NCBI GenBank assembly: GCA_964595645.1
Contig: CAZQQT010000011.1
Coordinates: 28,400 to 92,399 of the forward strand
DNA: 64,000 bases
From: an uncultured Thermococci archaeon
GTDB lineage: Archaea > Methanobacteriota_B > Thermococci > Methanofastidiosales > B48-G16
Reading direction: 5' to 3'
Positions 1 through 11,500 of this stretch are shown piece after piece. Every line of letters begins with the position of its first letter. Position 1 is the stretch's first letter. Under the pieces are notes generated by a model that saw only the letters and a list, made by a program, of their open reading frames with translations, ran no database searches and was not told the DNA's origin. A program made the translations under genes and the position numbers.

Positions 1-582
1 GTCCAAGCACCATACAAGTTTTTAGCCGCCGGTTGCGGAGATCTTGTCGCAAATTATACTGCAGTAAAAGATTGGGAACTGGCACACAGGCTAAGGAATG
101 AGTACTACAGTGAGTACGCATCCTCATTATCGCTCATGTCTGCGAAACTCATGATAGAAAATGCAGAAACAATAAAAGAAGGACTGGAAGAGAGCGTGAG
201 GAAGGTAGTGAAAGGATCCATCTCCAGTGGTGTAGCAATGAGTATTGCAGGGACTTCCCGACCCGCATCGGGTTCGGAACACCTCTTCTCCCATGCGCTG
301 GACAAAATCGCAGAAAATCCGGCACTTCACGGCGAACAGTGCGGTGTGGGGAGTATTATGATGATGTACCTCCACGGTGGTGACTGGCGGGAGATCCGGG
401 ATGCACTAAAAAAAGTAAAGGCACCAACAACCGCCGAAGAGCTCAATCTCGATTCGGAAGAAGTGATTGAAGCATTGATGATATCTCCAACCATTCGGAA
501 AAGATACACTATCTTGGGGGAGAAAAAGCTCACGAGAGATGTTGCTATCAACATAGCGCGAAAAACAGGAGTGATAGCGTGA
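1..582 (+). CDS. egsA: NAD(P)-dependent glycerol-1-phosphate dehydrogenase (5'-partial)
   Basis: Frame is open from base 1 ([23 protein letters not shown]). Contains [16 protein letters not shown] and LHGEQCG metal-binding motifs. Confidence 0.95.
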   Translation, partial: VQAPYKFLAAGCGDLVANYTAVKDWELAHRLRNEYYSEYASSLSLMSAKLMIENAETIKEGLEESVRKVVKGSISSGVAMSIAGTSRPASGSEHLFSHALDKIAENPALHGEQCGVGSIMMMYLHGGDWREIRDALKKVKAPTTAEELNLDSEEVIEALMISPTIRKRYTILGEKKLTRDVAINIARKTGVIA

Positions 583-974
583 TATACACGCTTATCGGGC
601 GAGAAATGGCTGAAGAAGGAGTTGAATTTATCGCGCAGGACAGTGAGGCTTGTAAAGACTGTAAACGGTATCCCACATGCGTTAAGAATCTGGAGATAGG
701 ACGGCGCTACGTCATAAAAAAAGTAAGGAACAAATCCTTTAAATGTGTAATCAGCGGGGAGGTTGTACTGGTGGAGGTGATGCCATCAGAAATTCCGTTG
801 CTCGTGGAAAAAAAGAACGCTATAGAAGGGATGAAATTCACATTCCAGCCCCTTTTGGATGGAAAGGACGAACTTGTCAATCCCTACGGTCTAAAAAAAG
901 GTGACAGAGTAGAGATAACAAAGGTGCTGGAAAATCATAACGATAAAAAAAAGGTGATGGTGAAGCTCGTATGA
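579..974 (+). CDS. UPF0179 family protein
   Basis: TLIG..A..G.EF and CxxCxxxxxC..NLE.GRRY motifs; usual position downstream of egsA. Confidence 0.85.
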   Translation: MIYTLIGREMAEEGVEFIAQDSEACKDCKRYPTCVKNLEIGRRYVIKKVRNKSFKCVISGEVVLVEVMPSEIPLLVEKKNAIEGMKFTFQPLLDGKDELVNPYGLKKGDRVEITKVLENHNDKKKVMVKLV

Positions 975-1855
975 AGCTCTTTGGATGTACATTTCCCACA
1001 CCTGTACTCCCTGCCTCGGGGGTATTAGGTATCTCACGGGATCTTTTTCTACGGCTCGAATCGCTGGGAGTGGGAGGAATTGTGACGAAATCTATTGGAC
1101 TCGAACCGAGAGATGGATATGAAAATCCCACCGTAGTAGAACTGGACTGCGGCGTTATCAACGCTATGGGACTCCCAAACCCGGGCGTTCATGCTTTTAT
1201 AGAGGAGATAAAAGATATCAAATTAAAAATACCTCTTATTGTTTCCATCTTCGGAAAAAACCGGGAAGAATTTGTGAAACTTGCACAAAAACTGGAGTCT
1301 CACTGTGATGCATTGGAGCTAAACCTTTCCTGTCCACACGCGAAGGAGTACGGCATGAGCATCGGGCAGGACAGCGAAGCCGTACATGCCATCACAGAAA
1401 GTGTGAAAAACGCGGTAGATATCCCAGTGATCGTAAAACTCACCCCCAATGTGGACGATATCGTTCCTATCGCCAAAGCCGCAGAAAGAGGGGGTGCCGA
1501 TGGCATCACCGCGATCAACACGGTGAAGGCGCTGGCAGTGAATGTGGAGATGAAACGTCCCATTTTGCAGAATATCTATGGTGGACTCTCAGGGAAATGC
1601 ATCAAACCTATCGCCCTCCGCTGTGTCTATGATATCTACACAAAAATCGATATTCCTGTAATTGGTGTGGGTGGAATCTCCTCCACAGAGGATGCAGTCG
1701 AGTTCTTTATGTGCGGCGCGTCACTGGTGCAGATAGGCACTGCAGCACAGGAGATCACCGTATTTTCACGTGTATCGCAAGGAATAGAGGGGTATCTAAA
1801 AACACATAGTTGCTCCCTCCCGGATATTATCGGAAGCGCGACAAAAAATATTTAA
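971..1855 (+). CDS. pyrD: Dihydroorotate dehydrogenase (family 1, catalytic subunit)
   Basis: INAMGLPNPG, ELNLSCPH, VKLTPN and GGLSG..IKP motifs. Confidence 0.95.
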   Translation: MKLFGCTFPTPVLPASGVLGISRDLFLRLESLGVGGIVTKSIGLEPRDGYENPTVVELDCGVINAMGLPNPGVHAFIEEIKDIKLKIPLIVSIFGKNREEFVKLAQKLESHCDALELNLSCPHAKEYGMSIGQDSEAVHAITESVKNAVDIPVIVKLTPNVDDIVPIAKAAERGGADGITAINTVKALAVNVEMKRPILQNIYGGLSGKCIKPIALRCVYDIYTKIDIPVIGVGGISSTEDAVEFFMCGASLVQIGTAAQEITVFSRVSQGIEGYLKTHSCSLPDIIGSATKNI

Positions 1856-1879
1856 ACATTCGATGGAGGGAAGGAATAG

Positions 1880-1954
1880 GGGCCCATGGTCTAGTTCGGT
1901 TATGACGTCGCCTTCACGAGGCGAAGTTCCCGGGTTCAAATCCCAGTGGGCCCA
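1880..1954 (+). tRNA. tRNA-Val(CAC)
   Basis: GGGCCCA/TGGGCCC acceptor stem; TCGCC-TTCACGA-GGCGA anticodon arm; GTTCAAATC T-loop. Confidence 0.95.
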
Positions 1955-2193
1955 TTGTTCTCATCTTTTTAATCATTATAGATCCTTCGAAAACTTCTAA
2001 ATCATTTCATGAAACGGCAAAAGAAAAGCGCTTTTTTATTATAAAGACGGATAGAGGAGTTCGGTCACGAATATCTAAGTAGAAAAAATAATAACGTGCA
2101 AAGGAATGGTAGAAACACCAAGACAGAGAATATCAAGAAAAAAGAACAACTACACAGGCAAGAATAATAAAATAAAAAGAAGATATTCGGACT

Positions 2194-2637
2194 TCAGTTT
2201 GTTCCTGAGACTTTCCTTTCTTGTTGGGCGTTTTCTGTGAACCTGAGGGGCATGGGGGTGGGAACATTAATTTCCCTCGCACAGTTCATTGCAACGAGGA
2301 ACGCCCGTGACATTAAATTTGCAACGATCTCTCTTTCTACACTTTGGGCAATCCTCTGCGAATCCTTCCACGTAGAAAGGATCTCCTGTCGCACTTTCTC
2401 GGGAGCATGGTAAACCACCGTCCCCTTCAGTCGTATCTCGCCCACAGAAGGATTGTAGTTTATCGTGAACTCAAAATCAAGCTCAACAACAGTTGCTTTC
2501 CCAGTGGCACTGTCCATTTTTCTCTCCTTTACGTTTGTGATTCGTTGAGAAGGAGCTATCTGGACTGACCCCTCGGGAGTCACATCTTCATTTTTTGTAG
2601 CTTCTACTCGTTTTATTCTTACACCGAGTACTGGCAT
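2194..2637 (-). CDS. Conserved archaeal hypothetical protein
   Basis: ORF begins MPVLGVRI, preceded by a GGTGAT RBS; beta-rich with a PTPMPL tail. Confidence 0.7.
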   Translation of the reverse strand: MPVLGVRIKRVEATKNEDVTPEGSVQIAPSQRITNVKERKMDSATGKATVVELDFEFTINYNPSVGEIRLKGTVVYHAPEKVRQEILSTWKDSQRIAQSVEREIVANLMSRAFLVAMNCAREINVPTPMPLRFTENAQQERKVSGTN

Positions 2638-2681
2638 TTTATCACCTTGTACAGTTAGAGAGATAGAGTTTTTAAATGTAT

Positions 2682-3242
2682 TCACGTGAGGTATCCGAGA
2701 CTGAGTACATCTGCTCGGGTCACAATACCCACAAACTCACCCCTCGATTTCACGAGAACGGCGTTATTCTCTCTCAGAAGTGGTAGTAATGCGTCCAATA
2801 CTTCATTTTTCGGTACCACAGGGAAGGGTTCTTCCATCAACATCTTTACCTTCCTTCTCGCAAATTGTTTTATTCTATCTATATCCAATCTTTTCAATAC
2901 GCTTTTTTCTGTGAGACTTCCTTCTGCGATGTTATTTCTAATGACAGGGAGTTGTGAAATATTATTTTTTTTCATGAGATCGATGGCATGTGTCAGTGTA
3001 TCTTCTGGAGCCACAGAGATAATAGGTGAATTCATCACGTCCTCCGCTTTTTTGACATCTTTTTTAAAATGATCCAACGCTCTCAAAATTTTATTAAATG
3101 TGGATATTTTGGGGTCTATTTTATTTCCTTCTATCTTCGCAATATATGCCTGAGAAACTCCTGCCTCCTCAGCTAACTCATTCTGAGTAATACCAAGTTT
3201 CTTTCGTAATGTTTTGATCTCGCTTATATCTATCATCTGCAT
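2682..3242 (-). CDS. XRE-family HTH + CBS-pair transcriptional regulator
   Basis: LRKKLGITQNELAEEAGVSQAYIAKIE HTH; ISQLPV and GIVTRADV CBS motifs. Confidence 0.9.
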   Translation of the reverse strand: MQMIDISEIKTLRKKLGITQNELAEEAGVSQAYIAKIEGNKIDPKISTFNKILRALDHFKKDVKKAEDVMNSPIISVAPEDTLTHAIDLMKKNNISQLPVIRNNIAEGSLTEKSVLKRLDIDRIKQFARRKVKMLMEEPFPVVPKNEVLDALLPLLRENNAVLVKSRGEFVGIVTRADVLSLGYLT

Positions 3243-3269
3243 CTACTCTGTACGTGGAATATATAAATA

Positions 3270-4385
3270 TTACATCTGCTCACAGGAAATTTTTCTTACT
3301 GTCTCCCCATCATAGACTGTTTCCCCTCGTAAAATAACTTTCTTTACAGCTCCTCTCACCTTCCTCTCATTGAAGGGAGAGAACTTTGATCTAGAATAAA
3401 AATCTTTTGAATCAATAGTCCATTCCTTCTCTTCGATAAAGGTGAAATCAGCGTCCTTTCCTACAGCAAATCCCTTTTTATTGCTTACTATTTTTGCTGG
3501 ATTTTCCGAAAGGACAGATACCAATGTTTCAAAGGAAATTCTTTTATTGTAGGCAGCATCGAGAAGAAGTGGTAATATTGTTTCGATGCCGGGAACGCCA
3601 TATGCGCCTTTTTTCTTTTCTTCGATGGTGTGAGGCGCGTGATCGGAAGCAACCACGTCAATTGTACTCCCAAGTTCCTTCCATAGTGCTTCTCTATCCT
3701 CTCTTTTTCCAAGTGGTGGTTTCATTACCGCGCTCCCCTCAGAAAGCAACAGATGATGGGGGGTGACCTCTACTGTAATATATTTATTTTTATGTTTTTT
3801 GAGAAATTTCAATTCCTCCTTCGTTGCTACGTGGCATACATGTAGCTTTGTTCTGTATTTCGTCGCGAACTTTACACATTTCTTTATACCATCGATACCC
3901 GCATGTATGGCAATCGGTTTCCTATATGAGAAGAGTCTGTCGAGATCACCGGTAAATAGGAGTTTCCCTGTACTCTCCGTTAAAAAGATCTTGATAAATG
4001 TATACTCGTTAAAAAAAGAAAGATCTTCCGTCACAGAGAAATTTATTCCATAGTCACAGTACGAACTCTCCTTAAAAAGTTCTTTTCTTCGTTCGAAGAG
4101 CTTTTCATTGTTTACTGGGGGGACAGTGTTCGGCATATCCACAACTCCTGTAACTCCTCCAGCTACGGCTCCCTTCGTCGCTGTCCCTACCGTTTCTTTG
4201 TATTTCTGCTCAAAATCTCTGCAGTGGACGTGCATATCAATAACGCTCGGGAGTGCCATGCTTCCCTCACAATCGATACCCTTCGCAGAGATTTTGCCAA
4301 TTTGCGCAATCTTCCCGTTTTCTATTAATATATCACAGTTTGTGATACCCGTAAATGTTACCACACTCAAATTTTTAAGGAGCAT
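3270..4385 (-). CDS. pyrC: Dihydroorotase (amidohydrolase family)
   Basis: DMHVHCRD, DMPNTVPP, EVTPHHL and ASDHAPH motifs. Start codon approximate. Confidence 0.85.
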   Translation of the reverse strand: MLLKNLSVVTFTGITNCDILIENGKIAQIGKISAKGIDCEGSMALPSVIDMHVHCRDFEQKYKETVGTATKGAVAGGVTGVVDMPNTVPPVNNEKLFERRKELFKESSYCDYGINFSVTEDLSFFNEYTFIKIFLTESTGKLLFTGDLDRLFSYRKPIAIHAGIDGIKKCVKFATKYRTKLHVCHVATKEELKFLKKHKNKYITVEVTPHHLLLSEGSAVMKPPLGKREDREALWKELGSTIDVVASDHAPHTIEEKKKGAYGVPGIETILPLLLDAAYNKRISFETLVSVLSENPAKIVSNKKGFAVGKDADFTFIEEKEWTIDSKDFYSRSKFSPFNERKVRGAVKKVILRGETVYDGETVRKISCEQM

Positions 4386-4469
4386 TGAATATAGTTGGCG
4401 CATCAACATTTTTATTCTTTCTGTCACAAAAACCGAAACTTTTATATGCTGACTTCAAATGGGCGTGTA

Positions 4470-5663
4470 ATGATCGCCACAACATGGATTGGATTCTTTA
4501 TCGCCGTGACAGTATTGATGCTCATGGCACGAGTAAGCATCTGGGCTGGTCTTTTCATGGCCGCACTCATTCTCGGCGGATTTAGTCTTAGTTCCACTCA
4601 AATCATTCAGGAAATTCTAAATACAGTAAAAGAACCCTCTATTCTTCTTTTAGCACTGGCAGTAGGTATTATTCCAATAATAGGGGGCGCAATGGAAATT
4701 TCGGGACTGATTGAGGATCTGGTAAGTAATTTACGGCTAAAGAAGAGAAATTTTGTGGCATTTTCCCCGGCACTATTCGGATCTCTGCCTATGCCAGGAG
4801 GTGCACTGCTCTCTGCACCCTTAATAGAAAAAGGTGGAAAAGGTATTTCCTCCCATAAAAAGGCAGCGGTAAATGTCTGGTTCAGACACGTACTGCTACT
4901 GGTTTACCCTCTGGGTGCACTTCTCGCCACTACAAAAATAGCCGGCGTTGATCTCTTTGTGGCGATCCTCTACCTCCTACCAGCCTTTGGGGTGGCACTG
5001 CTCCTGGGATACTTATTCCTGCTGAAGGACATCCAAGGAGACAACAGCTATGTATCTGATTTTGATGCAAAAAAGCTGGCAATTCCGCTGAGTGTCATAC
5101 TCGCAGCACCTATACTTGACCTCCTATTGATTAACATATTTGAGGATGTCATGAAAGAGCTTCCATTAGTTATTGCCGTATGTGTGAGTCTGTTCCTCGC
5201 ATTTTATTTTGGTGGGTTAGGCGTGAAAGACATTAAGACAGTAGCAAAAAAAATGGAGCCATGGAATTTCTTCTTAATTATTATCGCGATGTTTACCTTC
5301 TTAAATGTGTTCAAAGCCTCAGATGCTCCATCGCTCATTGCTGAGCTCTCGGTCTCAAAAACAGTGTTAATCGTCGTGATCGGTGCACTGCTGGGGTTTG
5401 TCACGGGCAGAGTGCAGGTTCCCGTATCGATCATTGTCCCTATTTACCTCACAAAGTATGGTGAAACCGCTATGACTCCTGTTGCTTTCGCATTTATCTA
5501 TTTCAGTATATTTATGGGATATATGGTCTCACCGGTACATCCCTGCGTCTCTGTCTCTCTTGAATACTTTGATTCGACGCTGAAAAACTTTTTTAAGACG
5601 TTGGTCCCCCCTGCAGTGGCCGGGTTGATTATCGCGTCATTGGGGGCAAGCATGCTGTTATGA
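4470..5663 (+). CDS. DUF401 family (IT-superfamily) membrane transporter
   Basis: Multi-TM; G.LPMPGGALLSAP, N.WFRH and SPVHPC motifs. Confidence 0.8.
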   Translation: MIATTWIGFFIAVTVLMLMARVSIWAGLFMAALILGGFSLSSTQIIQEILNTVKEPSILLLALAVGIIPIIGGAMEISGLIEDLVSNLRLKKRNFVAFSPALFGSLPMPGGALLSAPLIEKGGKGISSHKKAAVNVWFRHVLLLVYPLGALLATTKIAGVDLFVAILYLLPAFGVALLLGYLFLLKDIQGDNSYVSDFDAKKLAIPLSVILAAPILDLLLINIFEDVMKELPLVIAVCVSLFLAFYFGGLGVKDIKTVAKKMEPWNFFLIIIAMFTFLNVFKASDAPSLIAELSVSKTVLIVVIGALLGFVTGRVQVPVSIIVPIYLTKYGETAMTPVAFAFIYFSIFMGYMVSPVHPCVSVSLEYFDSTLKNFFKTLVPPAVAGLIIASLGASMLL

Positions 5664-5708
5664 GTATCACTTAAAAGAAGCGTGTGCATAGTAATGCAAG
5701 GTGTAATT

Positions 5709-6053
5709 ATGGAAGAAAAAGACAGGTTAGTAGTGGTATGGACAAGTGGAGATAGAGACGTGGCCCAAAAGATGGTGTTCATGTACACCCTAAACTCGAA
5801 AAAATACAAATGGTGGAAAGATGTTACTCTCGTTGTCTGGGGTCCGTCCTCAAAACTACTGAGTGAGGACAAAGAACTCCAGGAGGAAATTGCGAAGATG
5901 AAAGAGGCCGGTGTAGTGCTCGAGGCATGTAAGGCCTGTGCCGATCGGTACGGTGTATCCAAGGACCTTGAAAAGATGGGCATCGATGTGAAGTACATGG
6001 GTGAGCCGTTGACAGCCTACATGCAAAAAGGAAGACATGTACTTACAATCTAA
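5709..6053 (+). CDS. DsrE-family protein
   Basis: WW.DVTLVVWGPS and ACKACAD motifs. Confidence 0.8.
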   Translation: MEEKDRLVVVWTSGDRDVAQKMVFMYTLNSKKYKWWKDVTLVVWGPSSKLLSEDKELQEEIAKMKEAGVVLEACKACADRYGVSKDLEKMGIDVKYMGEPLTAYMQKGRHVLTI

Positions 6054-6099
6054 CATGACCAAAACATTCTTTTAAATCCTCTTTCCATTATCTATACAT

Positions 6100-7086
6100 A
6101 TGAACATTCTCATGGTAGGATTGTACCCACCCCACATTGGAGGTGTGGCAACTCATATATACCACCTCAAAAAAGAACTTGAGGAAGATCATAATATTTA
6201 CGTACTTACCTATGGAAAAGCTCAGGAGGAAGACGTATTTTCTACCTATGCGCCTGATACGTTCAGAGGTTTCTTTTTTTTGGCGAGTGGCGGCATTAAA
6301 ATATCTCACGTCTTGAAAAAGTGTGATATCGACATTATTCATGGACATTATATTCTCCCTCCCGGTCTCCTCGGCGTCTGGGGAAAGAAAATCGGTCGAA
6401 AGAAGCTCGTTGTCTCTGCTCATGGGACTGATGTGAATGTCCTAATGAAAAAACGGTATACGCGATTTTTATCTGAGTACGTTCTCAAAAAAAGCGATTA
6501 TTTGATCGCAAACAGTACTCACGTCGCCGAAACACTCTCACAGTACAATAGAACAAAAATCGTGTACAATGGAGTGGATTTAGATCGATTCTATCCCAAA
6601 AACTACGAAAGAGAAGGAGTCACGTATGTTGGTGCGTTAATCAAGGGAAAAAGTGTAGAAACTCTCTTAAAGACGTGGGATAATCCATGGATCGTGGGAG
6701 ACGGCCCCGAACGGCTGCGATTGGAACAGTACCGTGGTACATTCTTCGGGTACAGAAAGGACGTAGAGGAGATCCTCAACCGAAGCAAAGTGCTTGTGCT
6801 CCCTTCCAAGAAGGAGGGATTTGGGATGGTGTTGCTTGAGGCCATGGCGTGTGGCACCCCTGTGATCGCCCGGGATATTCCTGGCGTCAATGAGATAGTG
6901 GAAGATGGACATAATGGTCTTTTATTTAAAAAAGATGAAGAATTAACAGATTTGATAGAAAGAATCATAGAGAATAAAGATTTAAGAGATAAACTTGTAA
7001 AAAACGGACTAAAAACAGTAAAAAACTTCACCTGGACGAAAACTGCGGAAAGAGTGTTAGAAGTCTACAGAGAGATACTCGAGTAA
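6100..7086 (+). CDS. GT4 family glycosyltransferase
   Basis: YPPHIGG, HGTD, YNGVD and [17 protein letters not shown] motifs. Confidence 0.9.
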   Translation: MNILMVGLYPPHIGGVATHIYHLKKELEEDHNIYVLTYGKAQEEDVFSTYAPDTFRGFFFLASGGIKISHVLKKCDIDIIHGHYILPPGLLGVWGKKIGRKKLVVSAHGTDVNVLMKKRYTRFLSEYVLKKSDYLIANSTHVAETLSQYNRTKIVYNGVDLDRFYPKNYEREGVTYVGALIKGKSVETLLKTWDNPWIVGDGPERLRLEQYRGTFFGYRKDVEEILNRSKVLVLPSKKEGFGMVLLEAMACGTPVIARDIPGVNEIVEDGHNGLLFKKDEELTDLIERIIENKDLRDKLVKNGLKTVKNFTWTKTAERVLEVYREILE

Positions 7087-7124
7087 TTCAAAAAGAATTT
7101 AAAGCTACACATCAAGGATGTTTC

Positions 7125-8072
7125 ATGAAGATCGAAGAACCGTGGACCGAGAAGTACAGACCGACAACACTTGATGAGATACTGGGATGGGATTACATTG
7201 TCGAGAGACTCAAGTCATACGTGGAGAGTAGATCCATGCCTCACCTCCTCTTCGCCGGCCCGGCGGGTGTGGGAAAAACAACATCCGCGCTATGTCTGGC
7301 CCAAGATCTTTTCGGTGAACACTGGCGAGAGAACTTCCAGGAAACAAATGCGTCCGATGAGCGAGGAATACAGGTTGTGAGAGAGAAAATAAAGAATTTC
7401 GCCAGAACAAAATCAATGGGGGGAGATTTTAAAATAATATTCTTGGATGAAGCTGATGCACTAACACCGGATGCGCAGAATGCGTTGAGACGAACGATGG
7501 AGCTTTTTGCACGTTCATGTCGATTTATCCTCTCATGTAATTACTCTTCAAAGATAATATCACCGATACAGTCGAGATGTGCTGTATTCAGGTTCGGACC
7601 CATCAAGGATGATGCCATTCTCAAGATGATCGAGAAGATCGCAGGGGAAGAGAACCTCTCCCTCACTGAAAGCGGGAAGGAAGCCATTGTCTACGTCGCA
7701 GAAGGAGATATGCGAAAGGCAATAAATACACTGCAAGCTGCTGCATTCCTAAAGAAGGATATCGACGAAAAACTGATATACCAGGTCGCTGCCAAGGCAA
7801 AACCGGATGAGGTAAAAGAGATGCTCTCCCTGGCATTGAAGGGAAACTTCCTCAAGGCACGGGACAAACTTGATACCCTTCTTCTCACCTACGGACTCTC
7901 TGGGGAAGATGTGCTGAGACAGGTGCATAAAGAAATTTTTAACCTTGATATAGACGAAGAAAAAAAGATAAAACTCGTTGATATGACGGGTGAACATGAC
8001 TTTAGACTTGTGGAAGGAGCCAATGAGAGAATCCAAATAGAAGCACTTCTCGCAAATTTCGCCGTGGTATAA
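7125..8072 (+). CDS. rfcS: Replication factor C small subunit
   Basis: [26 protein letters not shown] and SRC motifs; no intein. Confidence 0.97.
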   Translation: MKIEEPWTEKYRPTTLDEILGWDYIVERLKSYVESRSMPHLLFAGPAGVGKTTSALCLAQDLFGEHWRENFQETNASDERGIQVVREKIKNFARTKSMGGDFKIIFLDEADALTPDAQNALRRTMELFARSCRFILSCNYSSKIISPIQSRCAVFRFGPIKDDAILKMIEKIAGEENLSLTESGKEAIVYVAEGDMRKAINTLQAAAFLKKDIDEKLIYQVAAKAKPDEVKEMLSLALKGNFLKARDKLDTLLLTYGLSGEDVLRQVHKEIFNLDIDEEKKIKLVDMTGEHDFRLVEGANERIQIEALLANFAVV

Positions 8073-9221
8073 ATGCTCGTTGAAAAGTACAGACCCACAA
8101 CTTTTGAGGAAATAGGAGGACAAAGAGCGGCCATCAAAAAGGTACTTTCCTGGATAAACACGTGGGGGGAAGGAAAGAAGGCCTGTTTAGTCTATGGTGA
8201 ACCAGGTATTGGAAAAACAGTATCCATGCACGCACTCGCAAAAGAAATGAACGTTGATCTTATAGAAATGAACGCCAGTGATAAACGCAATGCTGATGCA
8301 ATCAAACGGATTGTGGGTAACGCCGCGCAAACGTATACGTTGAACGGAAAAAAGAAGATAATTCTTCTCGATGAGGCCGATAACATCTACGGTAATGCAG
8401 ATAGAGGAGGAGTACAAGCGCTCTCGAAGATCATTGATGAGACCAAAGTCCCAATTATTCTCATCGCCAACAAGTACTGGGAGGTCTCTCAAAGTATACG
8501 GAATAAATGCAAGATGATAAAGTTTCCAAAGCTTCGGTACACCAGCATCCGGAAGGTCTTGGAAAAAATTGCGAAGAAAGAGGATATCCACGTCTCGAAG
8601 GAACAGCTCACAACCCTGGCAAAAAACTCTGATGGCAACCTTCGAGCAGCCATTAACGATCTCGAGACGTACAGAGGTGACATAGACAAGATAGGAACCC
8701 TGAGAGATACTGAAAAGAGCATATTCCGTGCACTGGGGAGAGTTTTCAAGAGGCAGAGCTGCGATGTGAGGCAGGAGTTTTGGAATATTGACAAGACCCC
8801 GGATGAAGTAATTCTGTGGGTCGACGAGAATGTTCCAAAGGTCTATGGGAGAGAGGATTTGGAGAGAGCGTATCACATGATTGCTAAGGCGGATATCTAC
8901 CTTGGAAGAGCCAGAAGGAAAAATTACTACAAGCTCTGGGGATACGCCATGGACCTGATGACCTCCGGTGTTTCTGTGGCACGAAAGGGAAAGTTCCACT
9001 ACCAACAATTCTCCTCACCAACATACTTCAGAAAGCTGGGCAGAACAAAATCGACGAGAAGAAAACTTGAAGCTATTACCACAAAAATAGCGGAAAAATG
9101 CCACTGCTCAACGGGAAAAGCAAAAGAGTATCTTCTCATTGCAGAAAAACTTAGTGAGTACTTTGAACTCGATGAGAGCGAGGTAAAATTTCTGAAGTCC
9201 CGTGACGCCTACTCACTTTAA
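8073..9221 (+). CDS. rfcL: Replication factor C large subunit (short, no C-terminal tail)
   Basis: VEKYRP, GEPGIGKT, NASDKR and DLRAAIND-like motifs; abuts rfcS. Confidence 0.93.
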   Translation: MLVEKYRPTTFEEIGGQRAAIKKVLSWINTWGEGKKACLVYGEPGIGKTVSMHALAKEMNVDLIEMNASDKRNADAIKRIVGNAAQTYTLNGKKKIILLDEADNIYGNADRGGVQALSKIIDETKVPIILIANKYWEVSQSIRNKCKMIKFPKLRYTSIRKVLEKIAKKEDIHVSKEQLTTLAKNSDGNLRAAINDLETYRGDIDKIGTLRDTEKSIFRALGRVFKRQSCDVRQEFWNIDKTPDEVILWVDENVPKVYGREDLERAYHMIAKADIYLGRARRKNYYKLWGYAMDLMTSGVSVARKGKFHYQQFSSPTYFRKLGRTKSTRRKLEAITTKIAEKCHCSTGKAKEYLLIAEKLSEYFELDESEVKFLKSRDAYSL

Positions 9222-9287
9222 CATATTGCCCAATCACAGTTTGTGAGTCATGATAATACTTTTATATCTTCAATGTGAAGAACAAAC

Positions 9288-10187
9288 ATGAAAAAATCCA
9301 AGAAAATCTGGATGGACGGCACATTTGTAGACTGGGACGATGCGAAGGTCCATGTGTTGACCCACGCGTTGCACTATGGATCCAGTGTATTCGAAGGAAT
9401 CCGCTGTTACAACACAAAAGAGGGCCCTGCTATATTCAGATTGGACGATCACGTGAAACGCTTTTTTGAGTCTTGTAAAATTTACAGGATGGATCTGGAC
9501 TATGCTCAAGAAGAGATCCGAGAGGCGATTCTTGAGACAATAAAAGAGAACGAACTAAAAAGCTGCTACATACGCCCGCTCGCGTTCCGAGGATATGAAG
9601 AACTGGGAGTGAACCCTCTGAACGCTCCTATGAAGGTAATGATAGCTGTCTGGGAGTGGGGATCATATCTTGGAGAGGAGGCCTTGGAGAAGGGAATCCG
9701 GGTGATTACTTCCTCCTGGCATAGGATGGCTCCCAACACATATCCCTTCCTCGCCAAGGCAGGAGGAAACTACCTAAACTCCCAGCTTGCGAAAATGGAC
9801 GCAGTTCTCGATGGTTATGAAGAGGCGGTGATGCTGGATGTAGATGGCTACGTGGCAGAGGGAACAGGGGAGAACCTCTTTCTCGTCAGAGACGGAGAAC
9901 TCTATACCCCTCCTATACACAACACGATTCTGCGGGGCATCACTAGGGACTCTATTATCACACTTGCCAGAGAGAAGGGATACACCGTGAAGGAGGAGAG
10001 AATTCCACGGGAGATGCTCTACATCGCTGATGAACTGTTCTTTGTAGGTACTGCTGCAGAGGTCACGCCGATAAAGGAAATAGATCACTACCCAGTACCG
10101 GAGAGAACGATCACCAAGGAGATACAAGATGCCTTCTTTGATGTAATTGAGCGATGTGATCCTGCGTACATGACGCCGGTCCAGTAA
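9288..10187 (+). CDS. ilvE: Branched-chain amino acid aminotransferase
   Basis: [32 protein letters not shown] and GTAAEV motifs. Confidence 0.95.
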   Translation: MKKSKKIWMDGTFVDWDDAKVHVLTHALHYGSSVFEGIRCYNTKEGPAIFRLDDHVKRFFESCKIYRMDLDYAQEEIREAILETIKENELKSCYIRPLAFRGYEELGVNPLNAPMKVMIAVWEWGSYLGEEALEKGIRVITSSWHRMAPNTYPFLAKAGGNYLNSQLAKMDAVLDGYEEAVMLDVDGYVAEGTGENLFLVRDGELYTPPIHNTILRGITRDSIITLAREKGYTVKEERIPREMLYIADELFFVGTAAEVTPIKEIDHYPVPERTITKEIQDAFFDVIERCDPAYMTPVQ

Positions 10188-10225
10188 CACAAGATTTAAA
10201 TATACTGTGGAAATGGGTAACGTAA

Positions 10226-10322
10226 GCCGGGGTGGCTCAGCCTGGTGAGAGCGCTCAGCTCATAAGTCTACTCAGAGCGCTGAGAAACTGAGAGGTCGCG
10301 GGTTCAAAGCCCGCCCCCGGCA
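10226..10322 (+). tRNA. tRNA-Met(CAT), elongator, with 22-nt intron (10265-10286)
   Basis: GCCGGGG/CCCCGGC acceptor stem; CTCAG-CTCATA[intron]A-CTGAG anticodon arm; canonical 37/38 archaeal intron position. Confidence 0.9.
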
Positions 10323-10446
10323 CCTGAACAATTTGTTCTATGCAGGATCATAGTAAGTATCGCGATTTTGAGAGGTAGATACGAAGGGGGAAGAAGCGGG
10401 GAATGCGATCATCAACGCAAAAGGAGGAAAAAGTTACGAGCGGGCA

Positions 10447-10915
10447 ATGTTTAGTGTCTCCGCACTTTTCCACGATCTGATAGTCTACCAGAAAGACGAC
10501 CCAAGGTCCGATAGAGAACACGAGGAGAGCGCCGAAAGGGCTAGGGAAATCCTCGAAAGATTGGAAGGGTTCCCGAAAGAGAAGATAGACGATGTATGTA
10601 ACGCGATAGAGAACTGTTCTTTCTTGAATGATTCCATGCCCGACTGGCTTGAAGCCACGGGTGTGATATCGATCATGCGGACTTATGCTTCTGCAGGATG
10701 GGGGGGTAGAAAATTATACAATCCCGATGAGCCTATCCCGGAGAAAAGAAAACCCGAATCCGACAAGTATGGCCTTGATTTATTTTCACAAGACTTTTGA
10801 AGATCAAAGAAAGGGTGCACACCAGCACAGCAAAAAAATGGCCGAGAGAAAGACCTCTTTTATCAAAGACTTTTTGGACGAGTTTGTAAAGGAGGTTGAG
10901 GAGTACTATTCCTGA
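10447..10915 (+). pseudogene. Degenerate HD-domain phosphohydrolase
   Basis: LFHD...ESAERA and D.LEA.G...I.R motifs, with an eroded N-terminus and an apparent internal deletion. A frameshift near 10795 continues LKIKERVH...AKKMAERK..FI..FL in another frame. Confidence 0.7.
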
Positions 10916-11188
10916 AGTTCTTCAATTTATTAAATCTGAAAGCTCCGACCACCATGAGGGTCGGTATTATGATAAGCTCGACGTGAGAAATCGTCACGCC
11001 TGGCAGGTAGAGGACCTTGCTCACGGCTATGAGGGTTATACATAGAGCCATGAAAAACTTGAACCCCTTGGGCAAAGGTTCTCACCGGGAGTCCCGATAA
11101 AGATTTCTTTTGACGATTTTACAGTGGAGACAATGGAAGGTTTCGAGAAGACCGTACAATTATGAGTGAGAAGTGAAAAAATGTCCAT
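10863..11188 (-). pseudogene. Possible frameshifted fifth member of the small membrane paralogue array
   Basis: ATG at 11188 follows an AGGTGAG RBS right after the previous stop (MDIFSLL...KEIFI). The hydrophobic continuation (KFFMALCITLIAVS...IIIPTLMVVGAF) is in another frame. Confidence 0.4.
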
Positions 11189-11190
11189 GC

Positions 11191-11490
11191 TCACCTTTTT
11201 CGCAGGATCCATGCCATGATCCCCAAACTCATAAATACGAGGGCCGCCGCTGAGATCCAGAGGAGGTTGCCAATGAAATGGTAGTACTCCCAGACGATCG
11301 TCGCAACGAGGTAACACATATATCCAACAAAAAGGGTCAGCACAGCGTATTTGAATGTAGTGTACTGCAGGAAGATTCGAGAAGTTGCCAATTTCGCCTT
11401 TTCAGATGTGTGAAACTGGCGATAGATATAGTTAGCTGCCAGAAATGCGAACACGAGCAAAATAAACATTATTGTATCATACAGATCCAT
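11191..11490 (-). CDS. Small 3-TM membrane protein (paralogue 4)
   Basis: Three hydrophobic segments; LATSRIFL motif; GAGGTGA RBS. Confidence 0.75.
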   Translation of the reverse strand: MDLYDTIMFILLVFAFLAANYIYRQFHTSEKAKLATSRIFLQYTTFKYAVLTLFVGYMCYLVATIVWEYYHFIGNLLWISAAALVFMSLGIMAWILRKR

Positions 11491-11500
11491 TTTTTCACCT

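Noticed and set aside
8187-9008. 273-aa antisense ORF and the many other shadow ORFs in the track
   Set aside because: They overlap well-supported genes on the opposite strand or frame and have no recognisable motifs.
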